A stretch of DNA of 64,000 nt from Bacteroidota bacterium. Lineage in GTDB: Bacteria > Bacteroidota > Bacteroidia > CAIKAF01. Position numbers and translations under genes: made by a program. The stretch spans positions 9,190 to 73,189 of the forward strand of contig JAEZEQ010000040.1 in the NCBI GenBank assembly GCA_023432985.1. The letters run 5' to 3'. The notes beneath the pieces are model-generated. The model had not been told where the DNA came from and ran no database searches. It saw only the letters and a list, made by a program, of their open reading frames with translations. This document shows positions 9,657 through 19,383 of the stretch, piece after piece (position 1 is the stretch's first letter; every line of letters begins with the position of its first letter).

Positions 9657-10511
9657 CTATGCGTTGAATATGGAACCGTAACGAGCTTCCTGAGTGCGCG
9701 GTATCACACTCAATACCGGAATTTCTGATTTGTTGATGATGTCCTGAGCCTGAGAACCGATAAATAAATCGGTAATGTTCTGCTCCTGTTGAGTCATAAT
9801 CATAATCAAATCTATTTCATTGCTGTTGGCATATTTCAATATAGTTTCGGCAATGGAACCACTCTTCTCTAAGAAACTGTCGACTACTTTTATATTATGT
9901 GTTTCTAAATAACTCTTCACTTGCAACATCTGACGCGTTAGTGCACTGGCCTCAAATTCATCCGTTTCTCTTACACTCACTACATGAACCTCGGCACCGT
10001 ATGCACGCGCAAATTCTAATGCACGAGCCACTTTCTCGCGTGTCTCTTTGGTCAGATCTAAAGGCAATAATATGCGATCACATCCTTTTTTATGACTCTT
10101 CCCTTTGATGGTGATGACCGGAGTCGAACTCTGGCGAACTACCCGCAACGAGTTGGTTCCCAAAAATCGTTTGAAGCTCGAATGTTTATTCGAACCCATA
10201 ACTATCAAGGACGCATCTTTCTCGGATGCAGAATCTATTATTTCTTGATAAGGCTTGCCATAACGAATCTCATAGCTCACTTTTAAATTATATTCTTTAC
10301 TCAAATTCTGAGCATATACTTCCAATTTATCCTTGATTTCATCTTTTAATTCTTTATGATATGCCTTTGCTGAAGCCGAACTTCCGGGCTCATCCATTAC
10401 ATGCAAAAGAATTACTTCAGAGTTTAATACAAAAGCCAAATTGCCGGCTTGCTCTAATGAAATCATCGATTGTTCATTAAAATCAATGGGGACGATAAAT
10501 AGGTTACTCAT
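9657..10511 (-). CDS. tandem universal stress protein (UspA-domain x2)
   Basis: 284 aa containing two Usp-like halves (ILLHVMD...VMGS and RILLPLD...IMIMT...PVLVI). It is the first gene of the minus-strand operon usp, rpe-like/CBS, DAHP synthase. Confidence 0.65.
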   Translation of the reverse strand: MSNLFIVPIDFNEQSMISLEQAGNLAFVLNSEVILLHVMDEPGSSASAKAYHKELKDEIKDKLEVYAQNLSKEYNLKVSYEIRYGKPYQEIIDSASEKDASLIVMGSNKHSSFKRFLGTNSLRVVRQSSTPVITIKGKSHKKGCDRILLPLDLTKETREKVARALEFARAYGAEVHVVSVRETDEFEASALTRQMLQVKSYLETHNIKVVDSFLEKSGSIAETILKYANSNEIDLIMIMTQQEQNITDLFIGSQAQDIINKSEIPVLSVIPRTQEARYGSIFNA

Positions 10512-10577
10512 AAATGTGTTAGTTGTTAATGTTTTTTACTTTTCGCAAAGTCGACATTTTTTTTTAATTCTTATTCT

Positions 10578-10598
10578 TTGCGCTTATTTATATTTTTG
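10578..10598 (+). promoter_or_regulatory. candidate Bacteroidota sigma-A promoter (-7 TAttTTTG element, upstream TTG) for the nucleoside phosphorylase/queE transcript
   Basis: TATTTTTG at 10591-10598 fits the TAnnTTTG -7 consensus about 18 nt upstream of the ATG at 10616, and there is a TTG at 10578-10580. The -33 spacing is shorter than ideal. Motif-based only. Confidence 0.3.
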
Positions 10599-10615
10599 AC
10601 AAAATTAATAATATT

Positions 10616-11488
10616 ATGCTAAAAGCATCCGAACTTATTTTAAATTCCCGTGGCGCCATATACCACCTCGATCTATTGCCTTCTGAATTAGCGAATACCG
10701 TATTTTTAGTGGGCGACCCCGACCGGGTAGAAAAGGTTTCTGCTTATTTCGACCGTATTGAACATAAAATACAACACCGTGAGTTTATTTCGCATACCGG
10801 ATTTATTGGTCAAAACCGCTATACGGTGATCTCTACCGGTATAGGCCCGGATAATATTGATATCGTGATGAATGAACTGGACGCCCTTTGCTCTATTGAT
10901 TTCCAAACCAGGTCTTATCTTGCCGAAAAACGCAGCCTCCGAATCATACGTATAGGCACTTCCGGCTCCCTTCAAGCAGATATTCCGGTCGACTCTTTTG
11001 TGGCAAGCGCCTATGCATTAGGCACCGACGGAGTTCTCAATTTTTACCCCTTTGAACCCAATGAAAGGGAATTGAAAATGCAAAATGATTTCATTCGCAG
11101 TATGGCATATCCTGCCGAACTCGCTAAACCATATTTTGTTGCCGGTGATGAAGGCTTATTGAAAGCCCTTACCCAAAATGCATTCAGCGGCGTTACGGTT
11201 ACCGCACCAGGATTCTATGCACCGCAAGGACGTAATTTGAGGGGCGGACTTAAATATCCCCAACTCATAGACCAATTTCAACATTGGAAATCGGACGAGT
11301 TACGTATGACGAATTTCGAAATGGAAACCAGTATGATATACGGACTCAGCCGTATGTTCGGACATAAAGCTTGCAGCATGTCGGCCATTGTCGCAAACCG
11401 AGCAAACGGCACTTTCTCCACCCAAGCAGCTGATACCATCGACCGACTTATCCGATACACTCTCGATATTGTTAATCGATCATACTAA
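10616..11488 (+). CDS. nucleoside phosphorylase, PNP/UDP family 1 (uridine/purine nucleoside phosphorylase-like)
   Basis: VFLVGDPDRV and TGIGPDNIDIVMNEL motifs of the phosphorylase 1 fold. The protein is 290 aa. Confidence 0.6.
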   Translation: MLKASELILNSRGAIYHLDLLPSELANTVFLVGDPDRVEKVSAYFDRIEHKIQHREFISHTGFIGQNRYTVISTGIGPDNIDIVMNELDALCSIDFQTRSYLAEKRSLRIIRIGTSGSLQADIPVDSFVASAYALGTDGVLNFYPFEPNERELKMQNDFIRSMAYPAELAKPYFVAGDEGLLKALTQNAFSGVTVTAPGFYAPQGRNLRGGLKYPQLIDQFQHWKSDELRMTNFEMETSMIYGLSRMFGHKACSMSAIVANRANGTFSTQAADTIDRLIRYTLDIVNRSY

Positions 11489-11512
11489 AATTTATCCTAT
11501 TTTCGTTTTTAA

Positions 11513-12148
11513 ATGCGCATGAATTCAAAGCAAACGCCAATACTGTCCCCGGGAAAACTTCCGGTAATGGAACATTTTTATACCATTCAGGGTGAAGGTT
11601 TCAACAGCGGAACTCCTTGCTATTTTATCCGATTGGCAGGCTGCGACGTTGGCTGTGTATGGTGCGATGTGAAAGAAAGCTGGGACGCCGATGCACACCC
11701 CTATCTCCGCATTGACGAAATCGTTGACCTGGTTAAAAAAAGTGGAGCACCCTACGCCGTAATTACCGGCGGCGAACCGCTAATGTACGATTGTGGCGAA
11801 CTTTGCGCTGCATTGCATAAGGAAGGCATTCAGACTTTTATCGAAACCTCCGGAGCTCACCCGCTCACAGGGGAGTGGGACTGGATTTGCCTCAGTCCCA
11901 AAAAATTTAAAGCTCCATTGCCCGAAATATTCAAAAAAGCAGACGAACTGAAAATTATTATTTTTCATAAATCGGATTTTAAATGGGCCGAAGAATTTGT
12001 ACCACTCCTTAAACCCGATGCCCGACTTTATCTGCAACCCGAATGGAGTAAGTCGGACGATGTATTGCCCATGATTATTGATTATATCAAGGAAAATCCC
12101 AAATGGAAATTGTCCTTGCAAACCCATAAATTTATTCATATTCCATAA
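11513..12148 (+). CDS. queE: 7-carboxy-7-deazaguanine synthase QueE (radical SAM)
   Basis: CDVGCVWCD radical-SAM cluster motif preceded by FYTIQGEG. The 211-aa size is typical for QueE. Confidence 0.8.
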   Translation: MRMNSKQTPILSPGKLPVMEHFYTIQGEGFNSGTPCYFIRLAGCDVGCVWCDVKESWDADAHPYLRIDEIVDLVKKSGAPYAVITGGEPLMYDCGELCAALHKEGIQTFIETSGAHPLTGEWDWICLSPKKFKAPLPEIFKKADELKIIIFHKSDFKWAEEFVPLLKPDARLYLQPEWSKSDDVLPMIIDYIKENPKWKLSLQTHKFIHIP

Positions 12149-14094
12149 TGCAAACACTGAAATATTTTTTAATTTCTCCCCTAATCCTGCTCCTGCAAAT
12201 CAGTTGCTCCGCTCAAAAATTTACTCTGAGCTCAACGAATAAAAAAGCGCTTAAGGAATTTCAAACCGCCGATGCATATTACCGCAGCGGACAACCTCTT
12301 AAAGCGGAAACGCATTTCAGAAATGCCATTCAATACGACTCTACTTTTGCAGAAGCTTATTTTGCATTGAGCACTATTCTTACGGATACAAAAAGAGGAA
12401 AGGAAGGCAATATGTTCCTGAAAAAAGGACTGAAGCAGAATGATGCCATTTTTCCATATGGATACAAAAGTGCGGCTGATTGGGATAAGAAAAATGGCTA
12501 TTATGAAGAGGCTGTTCGCTATTATAATCTGTTCCTCGAAAAGAATAGTAATGGAGATAAGGAGGACCTGGATCTGGTCCGAAAACTTAGGGATGAAGCC
12601 TTATTGGTAAGTTTTATGGTGAAAAATCCGGTTCCATTTTCACCCCAAAATGCCGGCCCTTCTATTAATACGGAATATATGGATTATCATCCGGCTTTGA
12701 GCCTGGACGAAAAAACTATGCTGTTCTGCCGCACCGAACCACCAACCATCCCCCCCACTTGTCCGGGTAGAAATAATATGTGGGAAGATTTTTATTTCGC
12801 ATACAGAACTGATTTAAACAGCCCCTGGGATAAAGCACAAAATGCGGGAGAACCACTCAATACGGGTTGTAATGAAGGTACGCCTTTCATCTCTCCGGAC
12901 GGACGTTTTCTGTTTTTTGCCGCGTGCGAACGCCCCGACGGAATGGGCAGTTGCGATATTTATATGAGCAGAAAAATGGGAAATTCCTGGGAAAAACCTA
13001 AGAATATAGGACAACCTGTCAACTCTTCCGCATGGGAATCTCAACCCTCTTTCAGTAGCGATGGAAAAACGCTTTACTTTGTAAGCAACAGAGGTGGGAA
13101 AAGAGATATTTACAGCTCGGAATGGAAAAGTGACGGTAGCTGGTCTAACCCCGTTAAACTTCCTGCAACCATAAATTCCGACAAACAAAACCACTTCCCC
13201 TACATACACCCCGATAACCAAACTTTATATTTTGTGTCGGACGGACACTATACGGTAGGCGGTGATGATATTTTCTTTGCTAAAAAACAAGCAGACGGAA
13301 GCTGGGGACAAGCCAAAAACCTGGGCTATCCCATCAATTCGATTATGAACGAACAAGCACTGATCGTTAATGCTAAAGGTAACCTTGCCTTTGTGAGCAG
13401 CGACCGACACGGTGGATACGGAAATATGGATATTTATTCTTTCGAATTATATCCGGAAGCCAGACCTAATGCGGTGACTTATTTTAAGGGTATTATTCGC
13501 GATAAAGAATCTCAACTGCCCCTGGAAGCCGACTTCGAACTTATAGACCTCGAAAGCGGACAAATTACTACTGCCTCTAAATCGGATAAAATAAATGGAT
13601 CTTTTCTCCTCGCTTTGCCTACGAATCGCAATTATGCATTGAATATCAGTAAGGACAATTATTTGTTTCATTCCGAAAATTTCACACTGCAAGGTCAACA
13701 CGAAGCCGGACAAGCTTTTGTGAAAACGGTAGATCTTGTTCCCATAAAAGCCGATATTCCTATCGTACTGAAAAATGTATTTTTTGAAACCAATAAGTAC
13801 GCACTGCTCGATAAAAGTAAAATCGAACTCGATAAATTGGTCGACTTTATGCAAAAAAATCCGAGTGTGAAAATTGAAATAGGCGGACATACGGATATTG
13901 TCGGCTCAGCTGCCGATAATAAAGTCTTAAGCGAAAACAGAGCAAAATCGGTACAACAATATCTTATTCAAGCAGGTATTGAGGCCTCCAGACTACGCTA
14001 TAAAGGCTACGGAAGCAGTCAGCCCATCGCCGATAATAATACCGAAGCCGGACGTGCAGAAAACAGAAGAACTGAATTTAAGATTGTAAAATAA
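12148..14094 (+). CDS. OmpA-family outer-membrane/peptidoglycan-associated protein with N-terminal TPR repeats and TolB-like beta-propeller repeats
   Basis: Signal peptide, then TPR-like helices (AETHFRNAIQYDSTFAEAYFAL). Repeated PxxSxDGKxLYFxS WD40-like/TolB blades follow. The C-terminal OmpA domain carries GHTDxxGSxxxNxxLSxxRAxxV and NRRTEF. TAATG overlap with queE. Confidence 0.75.
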   Translation: MQTLKYFLISPLILLLQISCSAQKFTLSSTNKKALKEFQTADAYYRSGQPLKAETHFRNAIQYDSTFAEAYFALSTILTDTKRGKEGNMFLKKGLKQNDAIFPYGYKSAADWDKKNGYYEEAVRYYNLFLEKNSNGDKEDLDLVRKLRDEALLVSFMVKNPVPFSPQNAGPSINTEYMDYHPALSLDEKTMLFCRTEPPTIPPTCPGRNNMWEDFYFAYRTDLNSPWDKAQNAGEPLNTGCNEGTPFISPDGRFLFFAACERPDGMGSCDIYMSRKMGNSWEKPKNIGQPVNSSAWESQPSFSSDGKTLYFVSNRGGKRDIYSSEWKSDGSWSNPVKLPATINSDKQNHFPYIHPDNQTLYFVSDGHYTVGGDDIFFAKKQADGSWGQAKNLGYPINSIMNEQALIVNAKGNLAFVSSDRHGGYGNMDIYSFELYPEARPNAVTYFKGIIRDKESQLPLEADFELIDLESGQITTASKSDKINGSFLLALPTNRNYALNISKDNYLFHSENFTLQGQHEAGQAFVKTVDLVPIKADIPIVLKNVFFETNKYALLDKSKIELDKLVDFMQKNPSVKIEIGGHTDIVGSAADNKVLSENRAKSVQQYLIQAGIEASRLRYKGYGSSQPIADNNTEAGRAENRRTEFKIVK

Positions 14095-14095
14095 T

Positions 14096-15058
14096 ATGAG
14101 AAATTTTTTAATTACATGCATAGGAACTGGTGTTTTTATAGCTTCATGCGGAAATAACAACAGCAATACTTCCAATCAAAATCCCGATGAAATTAGCCTG
14201 AACAATGAATACACTTTGCCGGAAAATTTCGATTTACAGGCCCATAGGGTTGGCAGAGGCATAGCCCCGGAAAATAGCTTATTCGCCATTCCGATTGCGC
14301 TGGATATTCCGGAGGTCACAACACTCGAAATTGACCTCGCCATTACCCGCGATAAACAGGTAATCTTATCCCATGAACCCTGGATGAGCAGCGGCTATTG
14401 CGACCATCCGAATGATGACCGCATTATGCCTTATGAGGATGAAAAAATTATAATCTATAATATGGATTATGCCCAAATTAAAGAGTTCCGCTGCGGGGGA
14501 AGAAGGGATAAAAATTTCCCCGACCAACGATTGAAATATGCGCCTAAGGCCTTGTTGGACACTTTCTTTGTGGAAACAAAAAGGGTTTGCGCCGAAAAAA
14601 ACAGGGAATTACCCCATTTTAATATCGAAATTAAATCGGATCCGGAATGGGATGGTTTCTATACCCCAAAACCGGCAGAATTTGTAAGCCTGACTCTGGA
14701 AATTATTAAAAAACACGGACTCGAAAATCAATGTACGATTCAGAGTTTTGACCCCAGAAGTCTGGAAGAAGTGAAAAAACAAGCACCTCAAATGCGCATT
14801 TCTCTACTCGGTAAAGAAGGAGCGAATTGGAATGATGACCAAAAATCATTGACTTTTAAACCCGATATTTATTCGCCCTATTTTACTCAAATATCGCCTT
14901 CTCTGGTAAAAGAATTACAGGATAATCAAATTCAGGTTATCCCCTATACCGTGAACGATAGCCTGTCTATGCGCAGAGTAATTGAAAGTGGTGTAAATGG
15001 TCTCATTACCGATTTCCCGGATAAGGCAGCTCAAATTATGGGCATTTATCGCCAATAA
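14096..15058 (+). CDS. glycerophosphodiester phosphodiesterase family protein (lipoprotein)
   Basis: QAHRVGRGIAPENSLFA plus ExDLAxTRDKQVILSHEP, the GDPD catalytic HR...E/D signature. Lipobox FIASCG. Confidence 0.7.
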   Translation: MRNFLITCIGTGVFIASCGNNNSNTSNQNPDEISLNNEYTLPENFDLQAHRVGRGIAPENSLFAIPIALDIPEVTTLEIDLAITRDKQVILSHEPWMSSGYCDHPNDDRIMPYEDEKIIIYNMDYAQIKEFRCGGRRDKNFPDQRLKYAPKALLDTFFVETKRVCAEKNRELPHFNIEIKSDPEWDGFYTPKPAEFVSLTLEIIKKHGLENQCTIQSFDPRSLEEVKKQAPQMRISLLGKEGANWNDDQKSLTFKPDIYSPYFTQISPSLVKELQDNQIQVIPYTVNDSLSMRRVIESGVNGLITDFPDKAAQIMGIYRQ

Positions 15059-15282
15059 ATCGCATAAATTGGCAAATTTTTCCCGTTTACTCCCTGTTTA
15101 TAAGGCATAGACTGCATTATAAATTTTCCGAACACTCAATATTTAAGGCTATTTAATCAGTTCAATTGCAATCCACAATTCCCGCCTATCCCTTGCTCAC
15201 AAAGGAATAGACAATAAAAACTCTATTTAAAAAGCAGGCTTAACTCTCTATCGATGCCTAAAGAATAATGCATCTTTGAGGC

Positions 15283-18200
15283 ATGAAAAACGCAATGCTT
15301 ATATACTTGTTATTGTTTCTGTCTCTTGGCGGCAATACACAAATCTGGGAAGATTTCTCCGATGGCGATTTTCATTCCGATTATGTGTGGAGCGGAACAG
15401 ATTCTGATTTTGTGGTGAATATGCAAAAGCAATTGCAATTGTATAAAAACACGGCAGGCATTTCTTATCTCTCTACCTATTTACCATATGCTTCAGTCGA
15501 TACTATGGTATATGAGTTCTGGTATAAACTCGATTTCGACCCAAGTTCCAATAATCAGTTTCGTTTTTATTTAAATGCCAATCAACCCGATTTAACTTCG
15601 ACCAGCCTCAAGGCTTGCTATATACAAATTGGCGAAAATGGGCAACAGGATGCGATTCGATTATATCAACAAAATGGTTTATCACACACCCTTATAGGAT
15701 CAGGTTCGGCAGGCAGCATCGCAAGTTCCGTTCACCCCAAACGCATACGAGTAGTACGGACCGCCGCCGGCCTGATTTTTATTTCTTTAGCCCACACAGG
15801 TGCATCCTTTTTTCAATATGAATTTCAGGCTGTGCTGACTGATTCCTTATATCCTTACTTAGGCATATGGGTTAAAAACACCCAAAGTCAGTCCCAACAT
15901 TTCTATTTCGATGATATCATAGTCAGCCCTTTCAATCCCGACACCACAGCCCCGCGCCTCATGCATGCCCGGGCATCCGGAAATAAGAAAGTTTCTTTGC
16001 AGTTCAATGAAGCCTTATCCTGGGTCGAGGCTCATAGCTTACAAAACTATATTTATGCAGGCAATTATTTTCCCATTCAAATCGACCTGAATCCCGATCG
16101 CGACATGGTTGAATTGACCTATCCCGACATCTGGTTAGATCATGAAAATATATCCATACATCTGAAAAATATAGCAGATACAGCAGGAAATTATATGGCC
16201 GATACAAGTCTGCAGCTCACCTATTATCAACCTCAGGCATACGACTTAATCATAAGCGAATTTCTTGCGGATCCAACTCCTACGATTGGATTACCCAATA
16301 CAGAATTTGTAGAAATATACAATCGAATGAATTACCCGATTGAATGCTCGGCCTATAAATTATGTGTCAACCAAAACTGCATTAAGCTGCCCGCATACAG
16401 CATTGCCCCAAAATCGTACGCATTAATTATTCCGGAAAACTATGTCAATTATTTTCCGGGATTACCTCTATTGCCGGTGTCGACTTTACCAACTATAACT
16501 AATGGAGGGGCTGTTATAGAAATAAGAGATACCGGCAATTTTTCAATACACAAAATAGAATTTTCTACCACATGGTATAAAGATCCGATGAAGGATGATG
16601 GTGGCTTTACGCTGGAGAAAATAAATCCGGATGAGTTGTGTGGCACAGAAGACCAATACCTCGCAAGTAAGAGTTATACCGGCGGCACACCGGGTTATGT
16701 GAATTCCGTACACGATTCGAGCCCCATCCCTTTTCGGTTTCGTTATATCCTGATTGATGCCCAAAAAATCTTATTTATTTTTAATAAACGCTTTACATCA
16801 TCCGATTGGAATGTGCAGGATTTCAAATCCCAAAACCAACCCATTTTTCAAAGCTTGCACTTCCTTTCGGATGATTCTATTTTGGCTGAGTGGATTTATC
16901 CCCTTGCGCAAAATCAATCCCTGCACCTTAGCGTAGAATTCAATGGCCTGGATTGTGCATCGATGCCATTACAACTCGATACGCAACTGTATATTCAAAA
17001 CTATGAAGCGAAATATGGCGATTTAATCATAAGCGAAATAATGGCTAATCCTTCCGGAAACACGAATTATCCTTTCGAGTTCATAGAAATATATAATGCT
17101 TCATCTTTAACATTGGAATTGGATCAATTTGCCCTGCATATAAATTCCTCTTCTTATGCTTTACCTCAATACCATATTTCACCCGGCGAATTTGTAGTAA
17201 TATGCGGACAACTCAACGCCATCCCCCCATTTCTCTACTGCAAATTACCAAGCTTATCGAACGAAAACGGAATATATAATTTAATTCACCTGAACGGTCA
17301 AATTATACATCATGCGCAATACCGCAATTCTTATTTCGAAGATGCTCTAAAAAAAAACGGAGGTTATTCTTTAGAGTTAACCGACCTGAATGCCATTTGT
17401 CAGCAAAAAAACAATTGGAGGGCGAGCGCAGACCCCAGAGGTGCCAGTCCGGCCGAAGCAAATTCCCATTCTACCCAACTGGAGCCAGTAGCCTCACCCA
17501 AAGCTATATACAGAGGCATACAACAAGACAGTATTATTTTATACTTCGATCAGGCGATAAATCCCACCTATATACAAGAGGCCGAAATACAAACTACGCA
17601 GGGCAAATTAAACGGGGAATGGATCTCGGATCGAGGAAATCTGAAAAAGGTCTATTTTCGAAGTCAGCAAGGGATACCATGGGGACAATCATTGGAAATT
17701 TCAAAGCTCAAGAATTGCGAAACCGGAGAAATAAGTGCGACTGAAATTCGACTTCCGCAGAAGTCTGCACCAAGCGAAAAAGGCATACAAATAAACGAAA
17801 TCCTATTTCATCCCGAAAGCGGGAAATCGAAATACGTCGAGTTTCTGAATACAGGCGAGGAGGCTGTAAACATCGAAACGCTCTATTTAGGCCGTTACGA
17901 TACACTTTTGTCCATGTATAGCTCGGGCTCAAAACCATTTCCTGAAAATTTATGGTTATTACCCGGCGAAATCATTTGTCTGAGTACAGATCCGGCGGAA
18001 GTTTCAGAAAGCTTTATCGGCTCGAATCCATCCCACATTTTGTATAGCGGCAAGCTGGATTTGCCGGGGAGTTCGGGAGGCATTTTGCGCCTGCAAAACA
18101 GCAAAAATGAGGAAGTAGACATAGCAGCCGTCTTGCCGGAATGGCATAGCACTTTTCTTACAGAAAAGAAAGGCGTAGCCCTTGAGCGAATTGGGCTAAA

Positions 18201-18621
18201 AAGGGAGGGCCTTTCGAGATACAGCTGGTTATCTGCTGCGGCAAATATGGGTTATGGAACGCCGGGTAATGAAAATTCGCAATGGGGAAATTTCGGTGAG
18301 GCAGAGAAAATACTCGAACTAAACACGCCAATTTTTTCACCCGATATGGATGGATATATGGATTGGGTGGAAATACGCGGAAAAATGCCGGAGTCCGGTT
18401 TGCGTGCCAGCCTATTTATTATAAATGAATCCGGGCAAATTATACGCTCATTAATGCAAAACGAAATTTGTGGCTCAGAGCTTTCCTTTATTTGGGATGG
18501 TGGAAATAGCCTCGGTCAAAAAGTACCCATAGGTATTTATAAAATCTATTTAAAAGCGCTCAATGCAACCGGAAAAAGTTGGCAAGATTATAGGGCAATC
18601 GTCGTGGCCGTGAAAAAATAA
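15283..18621 (+). CDS. large secreted protein with three lamin-tail-like (LTD) domains and a T9SS type-B C-terminal sorting domain
   Basis: Three ISEF/ISEI/INEIL...EF(V/I)EIYN motifs (ISEFLADPTP..EFVEIYN, ISEIMANPSG..EFIEIYNAS, INEILFHPESGKSKYVEFLNTG). The C-terminus FSPDMDGYMDWVEI...FIWDGGNSLGQKVPIGIYKIYLKA resembles the gliding-motility type-B CTD (FSPNGDGIND...WDGxxNGxxxxxGTYFY). Confidence 0.6.
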   Translation: MKNAMLIYLLLFLSLGGNTQIWEDFSDGDFHSDYVWSGTDSDFVVNMQKQLQLYKNTAGISYLSTYLPYASVDTMVYEFWYKLDFDPSSNNQFRFYLNANQPDLTSTSLKACYIQIGENGQQDAIRLYQQNGLSHTLIGSGSAGSIASSVHPKRIRVVRTAAGLIFISLAHTGASFFQYEFQAVLTDSLYPYLGIWVKNTQSQSQHFYFDDIIVSPFNPDTTAPRLMHARASGNKKVSLQFNEALSWVEAHSLQNYIYAGNYFPIQIDLNPDRDMVELTYPDIWLDHENISIHLKNIADTAGNYMADTSLQLTYYQPQAYDLIISEFLADPTPTIGLPNTEFVEIYNRMNYPIECSAYKLCVNQNCIKLPAYSIAPKSYALIIPENYVNYFPGLPLLPVSTLPTITNGGAVIEIRDTGNFSIHKIEFSTTWYKDPMKDDGGFTLEKINPDELCGTEDQYLASKSYTGGTPGYVNSVHDSSPIPFRFRYILIDAQKILFIFNKRFTSSDWNVQDFKSQNQPIFQSLHFLSDDSILAEWIYPLAQNQSLHLSVEFNGLDCASMPLQLDTQLYIQNYEAKYGDLIISEIMANPSGNTNYPFEFIEIYNASSLTLELDQFALHINSSSYALPQYHISPGEFVVICGQLNAIPPFLYCKLPSLSNENGIYNLIHLNGQIIHHAQYRNSYFEDALKKNGGYSLELTDLNAICQQKNNWRASADPRGASPAEANSHSTQLEPVASPKAIYRGIQQDSIILYFDQAINPTYIQEAEIQTTQGKLNGEWISDRGNLKKVYFRSQQGIPWGQSLEISKLKNCETGEISATEIRLPQKSAPSEKGIQINEILFHPESGKSKYVEFLNTGEEAVNIETLYLGRYDTLLSMYSSGSKPFPENLWLLPGEIICLSTDPAEVSESFIGSNPSHILYSGKLDLPGSSGGILRLQNSKNEEVDIAAVLPEWHSTFLTEKKGVALERIGLKREGLSRYSWLSAAANMGYGTPGNENSQWGNFGEAEKILELNTPIFSPDMDGYMDWVEIRGKMPESGLRASLFIINESGQIIRSLMQNEICGSELSFIWDGGNSLGQKVPIGIYKIYLKALNATGKSWQDYRAIVVAVKK

Positions 18622-18636
18622 AATGAGCCCGGGAAA

Positions 18637-19383
18637 TTGCTAACTTTGCCCCGCATGTTAGACTGGAATCAAATTATAGAAGGCGAAATTATACTGGTGG
18701 ACAAGCCTCAGGGCTGGAGTTCATTTGATGTGGTAAAAAGAATAAAAGGTTTATTTTATCGATTAAATAAAACCAAATTAAAAATTGGTCATGCCGGCAC
18801 TTTAGATCCGCTCGCAACGGGATTAATGGTGATTTGTACCGGAAAAAAAACCAAAATAATAGAGGGATTCCTCCACGACGATAAAAGTTATTCCGGTATC
18901 ATTTATATAGGAGCCCAAACAGCCAGTTATGATTTAGAAAGCGAACCCGAAAACTTTAGAGATATTTCGCATATCACAGCTGAAGAAATACAAAAAGCGG
19001 CGGCATCCTTTATAGGGGAACAAGAGCAATATCCTCCGGCCCATTCTGCTGTAAAAATCAACGGAAAAAGAGCCTATAAAATGGCACGCCAGGGCCTGGA
19101 AGTCGAGATAAAACCACGTATAGTGAATATTAAAAAATTCGACATACTCCGGATAGACAAAAACGAAATACACTTTTACATCACTTCGTCTAAAGGCACT
19201 TATATACGCAGTATCGCTTCCGATTTTGGTAAAAAACTGGGATGTGGTGCTTATTTAAAATATTTACGCAGGGAAAAATCGGGAGAATTTTCCGTAGAAA
19301 ATGCAAGGCAAATGGATGCATTATTAGACGAAATACAACAAGTATTCCAAAAGCATAACGAATCGCAGGATTTGAATGGATAG
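18637..19383 (+). CDS. truB: tRNA pseudouridine(55) synthase TruB
   Basis: ILVDKPQGWSSFDVV and GHAGTLDPLATGLMVICTGK, the TruB catalytic Asp motif. Confidence 0.85.
   Translation: MLTLPRMLDWNQIIEGEIILVDKPQGWSSFDVVKRIKGLFYRLNKTKLKIGHAGTLDPLATGLMVICTGKKTKIIEGFLHDDKSYSGIIYIGAQTASYDLESEPENFRDISHITAEEIQKAAASFIGEQEQYPPAHSAVKINGKRAYKMARQGLEVEIKPRIVNIKKFDILRIDKNEIHFYITSSKGTYIRSIASDFGKKLGCGAYLKYLRREKSGEFSVENARQMDALLDEIQQVFQKHNESQDLNG

Noticed and set aside
12814-13890. Minus-strand ORFs 12814..13221, 13225..13410 and 13447..13890
   Set aside because: Antisense to the TPR/TolB-like/OmpA gene (12148..14094), which has clear domain motifs in the plus frame.
15220-15290. Imperfect inverted repeat GCCTAAAGA...TCTTTGAGGC overlapping the start codon of the LTD protein gene
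   Set aside because: The stem has mismatches and a bulge, and no associated conserved aptamer sequence. Insufficient to call a regulatory structure.
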